Source: the human T2T-CHM13v2.0 reference genome, Homo sapiens
Length of the DNA stretch: 64,000 nucleotides
Assembly (NCBI RefSeq): GCF_009914755.1
Contig: NC_060939.1
Direction: 5' to 3' (one strand)
Of this stretch, positions 41,673-57,119 are shown one piece after another. Below the pieces are notes generated by a model that worked only from the letters and a program-made list of their open reading frames with translations, did no database searches and was not told where the DNA came from. Each line of letters starts with the position of its first letter. Position 1 is the first letter of the stretch. The position numbers and the translations under genes are program-made.

Positions 41673-41964
41673 GTAAGGATAGAGATTAACTGACACAACT
41701 GAAAAGATAAATCTAGTGAATATAGTATTTAGGACACCGCAATCAACAATCGGAAAACAGACATGCTACATACGTAGACATAAACCATTTTAAAAAAAAT
41801 TAAATACATTCTAGGTCTCAAAGCAAGTCCCCAAATTTTGCAGTTTCAGTATTATACAGCCTGCATATATTCATGATAAAATTAGAAATCCAAAAGATAA
41901 TTCTATTTTGGAAAAAAAAAGTCTTAACACATCATATGTCAAAGAACATATAACGAAATTTGGG

Positions 41965-42255
41965 GGAGGGGAAGCATAGAACTAAATTATAATAAAAATA
42001 CTCCTTAATAAAACCCTTTGGATGCAGATAAAATGATATATAGAAAAGCTCATTTTAAAAGTATCTTTAAATATGTAAAAAAGAAGACACAGTTAAAATT
42101 AATGAGATGAGAATGGTGGAGGGGAAACACAGAACTAAATTATAATAAAATTACTCCTTAACCCTTTGGATGCAGCTAAAATGGTACTTAGAAAACCTCA
42201 TTTTAGAATTATCTTTATGCAGAAAATACAGTTAAAATTAATGAGACAAAAATGG
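41965..42255. repeat. Diverged ~153-bp tandem duplication within L1
   Basis: ggagggga..agaactaaattataataaaa...ccctttggatgcag...cagttaaaattaatgaga occurs at 41965 and 42118. Confidence 0.9.
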
Positions 42256-42941
42256 CAATAGAATAAACCTAAAGAAAGTAGAGAGAAAAATATATCGAAC
42301 AGAATTTAACGTAATAGAAACTATACAGCAAAGAAAGTCAAAAGCTGGCTTTTTAAAAGACTAATAAAAATAGACAAACTTTTAACAAAACTGATCTTTT
42401 AAAATAAATGGAAGAAATAAAATGGAAACTTAACCACTGATACTGCATTGATTAAAAAAATACTTTGAACAGCTGTACACACACAAATTTGAAAACTTAG
42501 TGAGCAAAAATATACATTATCAAAGAGAAGATAAAGAAGAAAAAGTCAGAATAGCTCCATAGGCATTAAAGAAATTTGTGAGTTCTCAAAACATCTTGAC
42601 TTATGCAAACTATATAATTTCATTAATGTAAAGTTTAAAAACAGGCGAAACTAAAAATACCTGGTGTTAAAACTCAGGTTACTTCAAACTATGATTGAGG
42701 GAGGACTGTAAGAGGGTATGGCAGCCCAATTCTCTGGTGCTGGCAGTGTTTGGATTCTCGATCTGGGTGCTAGTTAAAGGGGTGTGCTCAATTTATAATA
42801 ATTCACTGAATGCTAAACTTTTCTGGGTATATGTGATATTTCAGTAAAATGAGCAAAAGCAAAATCTTTACAAAAATAAAGTATCAAGACACATTATTTT
42901 AGAGGAGAATCCTAGCAAACCTTAAGAAGCAGATAATTTCC

Positions 42942-43239
42942 TTTTTTTTTTTTTTTTTTTTTTTTTTGAGACTGGGTCTCGCTGTGTCGCCCAGGCAGAG
43001 TGCAGTGGCGCAATCTCGGCTCACTGCAAGCTCCGCCTCCTGGGTTCATGCCATTCTCCTGCCTCAGCCTCCTGAGTAGCTGGGACTAGAGGTGCCCACC
43101 ACCATGCCTGGCTAATTTTTTGTATTTTTAGTAGAGATGGGGTTTCACCGTGCCAGCCAGGATGGTCTTGATCTCCTGACCTCATGATCCGCCCACCTCG
43201 GCCTCCCAAAGTGCTGGGATTACAGGCATGAGGCACCAT
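42942..43239 (-). mobile_element. AluY SINE
   Basis: T26 tail with gcaagctccgcc and ccaggatggtcttgatc Y diagnostics. Lacks the first ~8 nt. Confidence 0.95.
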
Positions 43240-43847
43240 CTTATACCAGCTTTTCAGAGAGTAGCAAATGGTCTACTCTCCTAAAATATTTTGTGAGGTG
43301 AGTAAAGCCTTAATACCAACATGACACAGAACAGTACAAGAAAGAAAAATTACATGGTGATCTGACCGGTGAAAATAAAGTAAAAATATCCTCAACAAAA
43401 ACATTAGAAAAACTGATTGCTCAATGTAAAAAGAGAAAATGAATCATGACCAGGTGGGGGTGTATTCTAAGAATGCAAAGTTAAGTCAACATTAGAAATT
43501 GTATTAAGGTAATTCAACCTATTAATGGACTAAAGGTGGGGAGAAACCCTGAATAATTATCTCAAAACAAGCAGAAGTAATAACTGATGAAATTCAACCA
43601 CAGAAGATAAATTTCTTAGCTAACTAGGAATGGCAGGGAACTTTCTTAAATTGCTCAAGACTAGCTAAAAACAGAGAACAACAGAAGAAAAAATAACAAA
43701 AAACCCTGCCACAAATATATTTCTCAATGATAAAATGTTGAAAACATCAGTGCCTTTAAAATCAGGAACAAGGCAAAGGTTCACTATTACTACATTTATG
43801 CTACTTTTATGCAACTTAATGTCCCAGTAAGTAGTAAAGCAAAACAT

Positions 43848-43848
<1 letters not shown>

Positions 43849-43884
<36 letters not shown>
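43849..43884. repeat. (CA)18 microsatellite
   Basis: Perfect dinucleotide run. Confidence 0.97.
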
Positions 43885-43888
<4 letters not shown>

Positions 43889-44362
43889 AAGGGTTAGAAA
43901 GAAAACAATTATTTACAGATGATGTAATTGTTTGCATCGAAAATTCAAAATAATCTATAAAATATTATTGGAATTAATAAAAGAATTTATATTAGTTGCC
44001 ACACATAAGATTAATTCAGAAATCGATTTCATTTTCATATACAGATGCCAGCAGTTAGAAATTGCAGCTAAAAAGTAAAGATACTATTTATACTAACGAC
44101 AAAAATATAAGAAATTCAGACAAATCCAACAGAAATTTTGGAAGGACTGTATGTAGAAAAATGTAAGACTGTATGAAAAGACATTAAAGAACTCCTAAAC
44201 AGAGCCATACTATCCTCATTAAATAGGAGGTTCAACATTATTAGAGTTGATCTACATTCACAAATTGAACTAAAGATTCAATGCATTTTTTCATCAGAAT
44301 TCTAGCAATACTTTTCATGGTACCTGACAAGCTAATTGTTAAGCCACTGAAGTGCAAGATGT

Positions 44363-44661
44363 GACTGGGCATGGTGGTTCATACCTGTAATCCCACCATT
44401 TTGGGAGGCTGAGGTGGGAGGATCACTTGAGGCCAGTTCAAGACCAGCCTGTTCAACAAAGCAAAACCTCGTTTTCACAAAAAATTTAAAAAATTAACCA
44501 GATGTGGTGGTGCATGCCTGTAATCTCAGCTATTTGGGAGGTTGAGACAGGAGGATTACTTGAGCCCAGAAAGTCAAGGCTGCAGTAAGCTATGATCATA
44601 CCACTATACCCCAGCCTAGGTGACAGAGCAAGACCCAGTCTCTGAAAAAAGAAAAAGAAAA
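44363..44661 (+). mobile_element. AluJ SINE
   Basis: J diagnostics and 14-bp TSD gaa(g/a)tgcaagatgt (44349-44362, 44662-44675). Confidence 0.93.
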
Positions 44662-45619
44662 GAAATGCAAGATGTTCTTGGAGAAAAACTAAGTAGTTGC
44701 ATTTGCTCTACCATGGGTCAGGGCTGATTATAATCCATAATTTATAATAAGTAAAATAATGAAGTACTAGCTCTTGGGTAAACAAATTGACCAATAGAAT
44801 AGATAGTTTAGAAACAGACCCATGCATTTATCTAAAACAAATACGTAAACAAAGTCGGCATGGTAGTTTGGTAAGGAAAAGATAGGTTAATTAGTAAACA
44901 ATTAGTTAACAGTTGTTAATCCATAAGAAAAATAAGCGAAAACAGAGACCTACTTCAGACCACTAATGGATTAAGTACTTAAATGTGTAAGGTAAAAGTC
45001 TGACTTTTAGAAGAAAGTGTAGAAGAATCTCTTTTGAACTTTGGATATGGAAAGACTTCTCAAACAGGATACCAAAAAAAAAAAAAAAAAGAAAGAAAGC
45101 CACAAACACTAATAGGACAAAAAAACCATTCAGTTACTTAAAATTTACAATTTCTGTTAATAAAAGTACCTCCTCTTGAAAATAAAAAGCCAAAATATAG
45201 AAAAGTTCCACTGTACATAATGAACAAAGAATTAGTATCCAGGACAAATAAAGAATTACCACAAATCAATAAGAAGACAATTTAGTAGGAAAAAATAGCA
45301 GAAGACCATGAACAGGCATTTCACAGAATAAAAAATTATTGGTGGCCTTTAAACATACAAAAAGATGCTCAATCTCATTACTAATCAAACAAACACAAAT
45401 TAAAATTTTACCATCTCACACCTATCAAAACACCGATAATTAAAAAGTCAATACAAGTTTTGGTAAAGACGTGGACCAACAAGAATACTCATCAAGAGCT
45501 GGTGGGAGCATAAATCAGAACAACCATTTGGTAAAAGCAATTTGAATTCACTTAGTAAAATTTAACAACCCCATCCCCTAGGACCTGAAAATCCAACTTT
45601 TACTTATGTAACTGATAGC

Positions 45620-45868
45620 CATAGCTCTCAACTCCGGCAACACCACAGAATCACAGCGCCCCATCCTGCAAGATCATGACGTAATTGTTCTTGGGTAGGG
45701 CTCAAACCCTAGGTTTTGTTAAAAGCTCTCCAGGTGGTTCTAATGTGCATCATGATCACCTGGAGAGCTTATTAAAACCCAGATCCTGGGTCCCATCCAC
45801 AGAGATTCTGACTCAGTAATCTAATGGAGGTTAAGCTCTTGTTCAAGGACCACAAATTAAGAACCAAT
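45620..45868. mobile_element. Two abutting MER5A-type MITEs
   Basis: aagctctccaggtggttctaatgtgca followed by tcacctggagagcttattaaaa...cagagattctgactcagta. Confidence 0.7.
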
Positions 45869-46334
45869 ACCCTAAGAGAAATGATTGCATGTGTGCACGA
45901 GGAGACATGAGTTAAAATGTTAATCAGTATAAACAGGAAATGTTCATCAAAAGAAGAATAGATCAATAAATTGGGTAATATCCAAGCAGAAAAATTTACA
46001 CAAGTATTCATGACATATAATAAGTGCTCCATAAATGTTAGCCCTTTTACCAGTTTACTCCCGCTTCTGCAGTGCTTTGCACTGTTTCTGGTGCTACTGC
46101 CCTACTCAATATTAATTACGAGAAAATGAAAGCATATTTTAGTGAGCTGATAATACACTGTGCATTACAATGGCAGTCAGAAATAAGTTCAGTCTTATAT
46201 CATTGTGAATTCATGGGAAAAACTTGAAATGTCTGCCACCATCAGCAAGAGCTTTGATTCTTTCAAATATCACAATCTAATCCAAACCAGTCAGCTGTTA
46301 GTGGGGTTACTATCATTTGTCTGCCTTTCTATAA

Positions 46335-46575
46335 ACACATTCATGTAACAAATAACCATTAAAACTTACTCTGTGTTCATCACTGTTTGAGGCCCTGTGG
46401 ACACAGCAGAAAACAAGGTAGACTGCATTCCAAAAGTGGATCCAGATAGTAACAAACAAGAAAAATACAGGATTGTGAAAAGTACTACATAGATAATGAA
46501 ATGGAAGGATTTGGTAGAGTGATACTGGCTGGCTTCGTTAGAGAGAGTGGACAAGGAAGGCCTATCAGTAGAGGT
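46335..46575 (-). mobile_element. L2 3' end
   Basis: cattcatgtaacaaata...ctctgtgttcatcactgtttgaggccctgtggacacagcag...caaggaaggcct. Confidence 0.65.
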
Positions 46576-46607
46576 GGTTTTCAAATTCACAACACCTTTT
46601 AAAGGTT

Positions 46608-49400
<2,793 letters not shown>

Positions 49401-49624
49401 AAAGAGTGTCTATTTTAAGAACTATTTTCAAGAGTGACTGAGGTATGACCACCATGCCTGTGGTCCTAAAAAGGTCCCCACTGAGTTAAATTTTTTCTAA
49501 TAAAATATCTGATCTTTACTTGCAAAGCTTTAATTCAAGATAACACATTTACACTGGTACTGTGTATTGTGGCAAACAATGTGATATTAAATTGCATGTC
49601 TCACATCTGGCAGCAGCAGTAAAA

Positions 49625-49790
49625 ATATGTTATATCAAACTCACATGTAGCACTTAAAATGCACAAGGCACTGTTCTAACTGCTTCACATATGAGACCTC
49701 TCTTAATCTTCTCTAACCCTATGTCATAAGTATCATTATTCCCAGTTTATAGATATGGAAAACTGAGGCATGGAGAAGTAACCTGTTTGG
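49625..49790 (-). mobile_element. MIR SINE
   Basis: cccagtttatagatatggaaaactgaggcatggaga. Confidence 0.8.
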
Positions 49791-50135
49791 CAGAGACAGA
49801 AAGATACCAACCAATGACTTTTCAGAGGTTATTTCTGAGTGAACAAATTTCACAGACACAATTATTATTCCTTATATATTGAAAGAACTTTAATTCCAAG
49901 GAACTAAAGTTCTGTCAATAAAGTGTTCACGCAATCCTCATGATATCCCCAGTAAAGAAAGACTGAGTGAGTGGGGAAGGGGAGAAGGGGGGTCAAGAGG
50001 CTCGTGTTAGAGGGAACAAAACAGGTTAAGCAAGCGGCTTCCTCATTGTGAACAGTAAATCAGAACTAAATAGGCAGATAACAGTTTTTGGTATTATATT
50101 CTGCAACCAAAAGGCAAAACTTTGAGAAACATGGG

Positions 50136-50500
50136 TATCTTAGCTCAGGCTATTCTAACAAAACACCATCGACTGTGTGCCTTATCAACAAAAGAAATGT
50201 ATTTTTCACAGTTCTAGAGATGAAGCATCCTAGATCAGGGTGCCAGCATGATCATGTTCTGGAGGGTCCTCTCCTGGGTTGCAGACTGTTGACTTCTCTT
50301 GTATCCTTACATGGTAGAAAGAGGGTGAGAAAGCTCTCTGGAGTCTCTTTCATCAAGGCACTAATCCCATTCATGAGGGTTTCACCTTCATGACCTAATT
50401 ACCTCCCAAGAGACCCCACTTCCTAATATCCTCACATTTGGAATTAAAATTCCAAAATGTGGATTTTTTGGGGGGCAACACTAACATTCAGTCCATTGTA
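50136..50500 (-). mobile_element. MLT1A0-type MaLR solo LTR
   Basis: aggcactaatcccattcatgaggg...tcatgacctaattacctccc...aacattcagtccattgta. TSD atggg/gtggg. Confidence 0.88.
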
Positions 50501-50755
50501 GTGGGTAAGGTGGGAAAAGGGGAGACATGAAAATGTAAGTGGATCATGGACCCTGCATTTCACGTGACTTGCTCCAAGCCTTGAACCAGGGTTGGTGGTA
50601 TGTCTTAGTGATACATGTTGCCAACACCATGTTATTTTATATAAAATAATTTAAAATTAGTAGCATAGTGCCAAGCATACAGCAAATATTTGATAAACGT
50701 TAACTGCCCTTCATGCCCTCTCCATCAAATGAAAGTGTAACCATTTCCCTTCTAA

Positions 50756-50807
50756 TATCATTGTGATGATTTAAGTATCATTGTGACGCTTTAAGTATCA
50801 TTGTGAC
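50756..50807. repeat. 20-bp minisatellite, 2.6 copies
   Basis: tatcattgtgatgatttaag / tatcattgtgacgctttaag / tatcattgtgac. Confidence 0.9.
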
Positions 50808-51840
50808 ATTCAGGGGCGTGCTGTATTCTGAATCTAGCCCTGAGTCAAAAGACACAATGAATTATGACAAAAGTGGGTGTATTCCAGAGATGCGAGGTTA
50901 GAAAATAATACGAAAATGATATTATTCTGACCTTACTCTATTACTCAGCCCCAATTCCCCCACACTTTGTGAACCTTTTTGTGAGTACAATGCTAAGGCA
51001 GTTTAAAAAAATGCAACTATATACAAGTTCATCAATTCCAGATGTAAAGTCAATAGCAATTCAAGTGATGACCACAGCAGTAACCTGGAGACCTGCAGTC
51101 TCAATGTATCAGGTAAAGGTGGCTTGCAACATTTTCACTCAATTGAAGGGTTGGGAAGGAACTAAATGGTGGCTTGGCTCTTTGGGAAATTGCCCTTGGA
51201 TTGGATTCAAGGCTGCCTCTAGATTTATTTTCCAAAAAGAAAGCTCTGTTTCTCTTCTGAAAGGAATATGGGGAGGGGCTAAGAATTGGGGAGGGCAGTA
51301 GGAGAGATAAGTACAGCTCGATTATGCAGGTTTTTGTCCCATGTTCTGTTCTCTGTGGCCCCTGCAATGCCAAAACACAGGCTTAAAAATACTCTCATGA
51401 AATGTCAAAGTTTTATTATTGTACAAATCCATCTGGGAATTTGAGACCGCTTCTAAGTTTCTATTGTCCTATCAGAATTGACTAATGCAGGGCCAGCTGG
51501 GTAGGTGTTTTACAGCTCCCACTCAGCAAGCCTTGGCAGGTTCCTGAAAGAAGAAGGGAAAATGGGGATGAGGGGATATCCTGTTGGTTTCTCCTGTGCT
51601 TCTCACTGGAGAGCAGACTTTGCATTTGCCTTTTCAACAAGAAGTCCCATAAGACTGGTCTTCGAAGTCTGCAGCTTTGTGGTAACCACCCTACGTTAAC
51701 TGCTCGTGGAGCCCGGTAGCGCTGCCTGCTGCTGTTCTCTGTCCACAGACAGCTGTGGGTGCAGACTCATCTCCACACACACTCTGAAGTGCCCGACCTC
51801 TCTGAGACTGCAAACCTACCCTGTTGTTCTCCTGAGATGG

Positions 51841-52229
51841 TGTTATGAGCTGAATCGTTTCTCCCAATATTCACATTTTTAAGTCTTAAACCCCAGTACC
51901 TCAGAATGTGACTGTATTTAGAGACAGGGCCTCTAAAGAGGTAGTTGAGTTAAAATGGTGCCTTAAGGTGGTCCCTAATCAGCGATGACTGGTGTCCTTA
52001 TAAGAAGAAGGGACTAGGACACAGGCGCACACACAGAGGGATGACCCTGTGAAGACACGGCGAGAAGGCAGCAATCCGCAAGCCAAGGAGAGAGTCCTCA
52101 GGAGAGCCAAGCCTGCCCACACCTTCATCTTGAACTGCCAGTCCCCAGAACTGCGAGAAAATCAGTTCCTGTTGTTTAAACCACTCAGTCTGTGGCATTT
52201 AGTAGTGGCAGCCCTAGCAAACTAATGCA
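51841..52229 (+). mobile_element. MLT1B-type MaLR solo LTR
   Basis: tgttatgagctgaat...cccagtacctcagaatgtgactgtattt...gcaaactaatgca with perfect TSD gatgg. Confidence 0.92.
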
Positions 52230-52479
52230 GATGGCTCCATTTCTTTCTAGTGCCTGAGCAGTATAAACGCCCTAGAAAGTCCCTTCTGGCCCCAGGAGGA
52301 AAAGCAGTAGAACAAGAAAAGTAATAACTGCTGTAATGGCCCTGACTTCTAATGTTTAAGAAGTCCTGATCCTTTTGTGAGACAGGTGTTTGACCTTGCC
52401 TCCAGGTGAAACAGTCCATAGATATTTATTGAGCAGCTAGGACATCAGCAGAACATGAGCTCTGTACCTTAGGAAAACT

Positions 52480-52745
52480 GTACTGTAAGGCACATGGGCT
52501 CAGAGACCAACGGTCCCTCTTTGAAATCCCAGTTCAGCCACTTTCTTGCTGTGTGAACTTTCGTTAAGTTACCTTACTTCTCTGAATCTGTTTTCTCATC
52601 TGTGAAAGAAGGATAATGGTACCTTGAATAGTACTTTGAAGTATGTGTGAGGATTAGAGATATTCACTGTAAAAATGTATCTAGTTCTCAGCAGGGAAGT
52701 TGGAGTTCTATAAATGGTAGCTGCAATAACAATTGTTATTACTAT
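52480..52745 (+). mobile_element. MIR SINE
   Basis: ttgaaatcccagttcagccact...ctctgaatctgttttctcatctgtgaaa. Confidence 0.8.
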
Positions 52746-53612
52746 TTTAAATAAGCAATCTAGCACTGAACCTGATGACTGTTAAGGTTCAACATATATT
52801 AACCCTTAACCTTTCCATCAACCAGGGTACATTTGAGAATCCAAGGACCTTAATATGCCTGAAATACAACCATAAACTGTGTAGATTCTATTCATTTTTA
52901 TGCAAAAATTTATATCATTCACAAATAATGGCTTTTTGTTCTTTTTTCCTAATCCTTATACCTTTTATTTTTTCTTGCTTTAGAATTTGCATAAAGACAG
53001 TGATACCTGACATTTTTGTCTTATTCTGTATCCTAAACAGAATATTTTTTAACACTTTGCCATTAAGTATCATATTTGCTGAAGGTCTTTTTTAGCTGCT
53101 CTCAAACAGGTTCAGGAAATTTGCATTCTTAGGTAGCTACAAATCTTTATCATGAATGGTTGTTCGACTTTATAGGTACTTTTCCTGTATTTATCAAGAT
53201 AATCATACTTTTGTTCACTTTAAGATAGTGAATGACATTAATATATTTTCTAACATTAACTCACCCTTGCATTTTGGAAAATATCCAACTTGATCATAAT
53301 TTATTATATTTTGTTAATATACTGTGGATTCATTTTGCTAACATTTTCATTTAGCACTTTTATATTTGTTCATAAGCAAAACTGCTATGTAATTTCCTTT
53401 TTTTGTCTGTCCTAATCTGGTTTTGACACCAAATTTTTACCCACATCATGAAATAAGGTGGAAGTATTTCCTCTTTTTTATTACCTGAAAGTTTGAAATT
53501 ACCTGTTCCTTAAATGATTGGTAGAGCTCACCTCTAAGACTAGTGGCGATGATGTTTTCATTGTAGGAAGACTTTAAGTAATTAGTTCAATTCCTTTAAA
53601 AGTTACAGTATT

Positions 53613-53906
53613 GCTGGGTGCAGTGGCTCACACCTGTAATTCCAGCACTTTGGGAGGCCGAGGCGGGCGGATCACGAGGTCAGGAAACCCAGACCATCCT
53701 GGCTAACATGGTGAAACCCTGTCTCTACTAAAAATACAAAAAATTAGCCAGGCGTGGTGGCGAGCACCTGTAGTTCCAGCTACTCAGGAGGCTGAGGCAG
53801 GAGAATGGCTTGAACCCAGGAGGCGGAGCTTGCAGTGAGCCGAGATCACACCACTGCACTCCAGCCTGGGCGAGAGAGCAAGACTCCATCTCAAAAAAAA
53901 AAAAAA
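53613..53906 (+). mobile_element. AluY (or Sc8)-type SINE
   Basis: gatcacgaggtc...accatcctggctaac and ggagcttgcag. TSD tacagtatt. Confidence 0.95.
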
Positions 53907-53980
53907 TACAGTATTATTCAGACTTTTTCTCTGTTTAGTCAGTTTTAGTATAGTTTTATAAAGATTTATGTGTATATATA

Positions 53981-54472
53981 CATGCTGCTATAAAGACACA
54001 TGCACACATATGTTTACTGCGGCACTACTCACAATAGCAAAGACTTGGAACCAACCCAATGTCCAACAATGATAGACTGGATTAAGAAAATGTGGCACAT
54101 ACACACCATGGAATACTATGCAGCCATAAAAAATGATGAGTTCATGTCCTTTTGTAGGGACATGGATGAAGCTGGAAACCATCATTCTCAGCAAACTATC
54201 GCAAGGACAAAAAACCAAACACTGCATGTTCTCACTCATAGGTGGGAATTGAACAATGAGAACACATGGACACAGGAAGGGGAACATCACACACCGGGGC
54301 CTGCTGTGAGGTGGAGGGAGGGGGGAGGGATAGCATTAGGAGATATACCTAATGCTAAATGACGAGTTAATGGGTGCAGCACTCCAGCATGGCACATGTA
54401 TACATATGTAACGAACCTGCACGTTGTGCACATGTACTCTAAAACTTAAAGTATAAGAAAAAAAAGAAAAAA
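53981..54472 (+). mobile_element. L1PA3-type 3' end (~490 bp, 5'-truncated)
   Basis: gcattaggagatatacctaatgctaaatgacgagttaatgggtgcagc, A-rich tail, perfect 20-bp TSD aaagatttatgtgtatatat (53960-53979, 54473-54492). Confidence 0.95.
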
Positions 54473-56162
54473 AAAGATTTATGTGTATATATTTCATCTA
54501 GTTTTTTTCTAATTTGATGGTATATATGTATACAAAGTATATTTTAATAAATGCAGAATGTGTGGTCATAATTCCTTTTCACTTCATTTACTCCCTCTAT
54601 TCTCCATCATTTCTTTCAAAAGTTTTTCAATTTCATTAAACCTTTTTAAAGGTACAGTCTTTGTCTCTTGCACTAGCAGGAACACATTTGTTCATTGTGG
54701 TATCCCCAGCACCTAGAATCACGCTTGGCATGTTGTAGATACTCAATACGTGCTTTTTGGACTTAAAAGGCAGGGGAGATGGCGAGGTCTTTAGCCACAT
54801 AAGAAAGAAGTAGCTAAAGACCAAGCAGTAACTAATGTCCACAGCAAAAATATATATGTCTACTAAATGCATGGTTCTTTCAAGAAGGAAAAGTAAATAA
54901 TAGCCTAAGATAGTATATCCTTTGTTTATATCAATATTCGATATTTGCCTAATTCTGATTCCCTAGAAGGAAATACAGATCTTGAAAGATTTCACACATA
55001 ATAATTTCCTTACAATTTCTAGTGATTTTCATAAAGTGAACTTTATTTTCAACAACACATGATAGGCTCTGGCATTAGAAACAAGGAAGATCATAGATTT
55101 GCTAACTTTTCTTTGCTGCTATAGACTTTAGTTAATATTTGATCTTATGACATAGAGTACTGATCCGTCACTATTGTTTGTATTCTAATCTGATGTTGCT
55201 GATAGGCTGGAAATAAAGGGGCCTTAGAAATGCAGAGAAACAGAGGAAATGTTGAAAGGACAATGAGCTTTGCTCATCTTGCTTCATGTAGTCCTTCAGA
55301 TACTGGGTTGTGAAATAGAGAAGTTTGGGCCACTCTTTTTATTTTCAGGAAGAACTCTCTAGTAATCAGCATTTCCAATCCCTGCATTTCTGCTCTTAAA
55401 TCAAATTTAATAAAGAGGAAGAGAAGAGAATCGCAGTTTTCTGCACTTATCCCTCTGCACACTTTATATGTTCAGTAGGAGTTTTTGGGTGCAATTTGAG
55501 CTAGCTGAGAATCAGATTGCTGCATGGCTCTGTAGCTGTAAATAGGGACACTTTGAAGATTAGATTGGGTATGTTGGCCCAAGCACATACTTTGTGAATT
55601 CTAACAAAATCTTTGTATCAGATCACAACTTAAAAATATCTCCCAAAGTAAAACACCAAGTACAAACCCCAGGTAAATGACGGTCCTGAGGAACAGATGT
55701 CAGGACATCAGATGTGAAGTTAAAGGATCCATCTAAAGACTATCTCTGGCGACCAAAGGGAGCCACAGTGAGGCAGCCAAACGTGAGCACTGAGATGAAG
55801 GAAATAGGCCCGAAGCAGCCTGCTCATGCTCTGAGACTGGAGGAAGAGGGTGAACGCAATCTCTGGAGGGAAGCCCTGACTTCAGGCAGCTCAGGTAAGA
55901 TGTGGAGTACAAGGAAGATGCACATGGGCTGTGGGTGGTAGAAGGACACACTAGAGGAGAAAGTATACTGTCCTGAAAATATCTGAAGATTAAGTATGTG
56001 TTTAAGTATACTAGAAAAGATCGTTTTAAAAATTACAAGTGCTAAATTACAAGCACTTGCTTAAATTTTGCATGGGATACATAAGACTGCCTGCATATTT
56101 ATTTATTAGCACAACTACACGACAGTGCCCAGTGTATAATAGGTGCTCAATTAGTATTTTTA

Positions 56163-56458
56163 TTTTTTATTTATGTTTTTGAGACGGAGTCTTGCTATGT
56201 CACCTGGGCTGGAGTGGTGGCCCGATCTCGGCTCACTGCAACCTCTACCTCCCAGGTTCAAGCAATTCTCCTGCCTCAGCCTCCAAGTAGCTGGGATTAC
56301 AGGCGAGCACCACCCACCCAGCTAATTTTCGTATTTTTAGTAGAGATGGGGTTTCACCATGTTGGCCAAGCTGGTCTCCAACTCCTGTCCTCAAGTGATC
56401 CACCTACCTCGGCCTCCCAAAGTGCTGGGATTACAGGCGTGAGCCACCGTGCCGGGCT
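56163..56458 (-). mobile_element. AluSz/Sx SINE
   Basis: Antisense Alu with 16-bp TSD tcaattagtattttta (56147-56162, 56459-56474). Confidence 0.95.
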
Positions 56459-56479
56459 TCAATTAGTATTTTTAGAAGG

Positions 56480-56645
56480 ATGTATAGTATAAAGAGCACT
56501 GGCTTGAGAGTCAGGAGACCTGGATTCTAATACTGACTCTACCGTTAACTGAGTAACCTCAGGAAAATCACTGACATTCTTTGGGTCTCAAGGTTTCCCT
56601 CTATAAAGCAGAAGATAAATTGAATGGTCGTAAGATCACTTCCTA
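56480..56645 (+). mobile_element. MIR/MIR3 SINE
   Basis: aaagagcactggcttgagagtcaggagacctggattctaat. Confidence 0.75.
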
Positions 56646-57119
56646 TGTGCCTATGTCTATGTCTCTATCAGTGCTATAAGAAGGCCAGGTCCCTGCACTA
56701 CAGTAAGAATATTCTCCCGAGAAATTACTCAGCAGAATCACAAAGGCAGGGAAGTGAATGGGACTTTCGGTGAATGGCAACTACAGGTAGTCTGATGTGG
56801 CTGGAGAACCAGGTTGTGGAAAGATAATACAGGCGAGGACAATGGCAGGCCTGAAAGTAATCACTGAAGGGGTAACGAGTGAACAGCCAGATTCAGGAGT
56901 GAACACCAGATTCATCAAATCACCAAAATGATTTGAGTCCATCTAAGACAAATAATGTCTGTAATTTGTCAATGGGGATGTCATCCTGTATTTTTATAGG
57001 GCAGTGGATTTTAAACTTTATTCCACATAAGAATCACTTTGTTAAATTTTTTTTTAGTAATGGTGTCTGGGTCCCATCACCAGAGACTCTAATTCAGTAG
57101 AACTGGAGGAGAACCTTTG

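Larger units (their letters stand above)
35820..46030 (+). mobile_element. Long, heavily decayed L1M (ORF1-ORF2-3' end) interrupted by many later insertions
   Basis: ORF1-like gcaaacttgtgg and cagctgacttctcaaca. ORF2-like gctggctttttaaaagactaataaaaatagacaaac, aaaatcaggaacaaggcaa, tttacagatgatgtaattg, gaacaggcatttcacag. Confidence 0.75.
52870..54600 (-). mobile_element. Old L1M ORF2 fragment, split by AluY and L1PA3
   Basis: Antisense L1 motifs tttttatcatgaatggttgtt, ccttgcattttggaaaatatccaacttgatcat, tgattggtagagctcacc. Confidence 0.75.

Noticed and set aside
50756-50807. Repeat-spacer appearance suggesting a CRISPR array
   Set aside because: Units are contiguous with no unique spacers, the context is eukaryotic and there are no cas genes.
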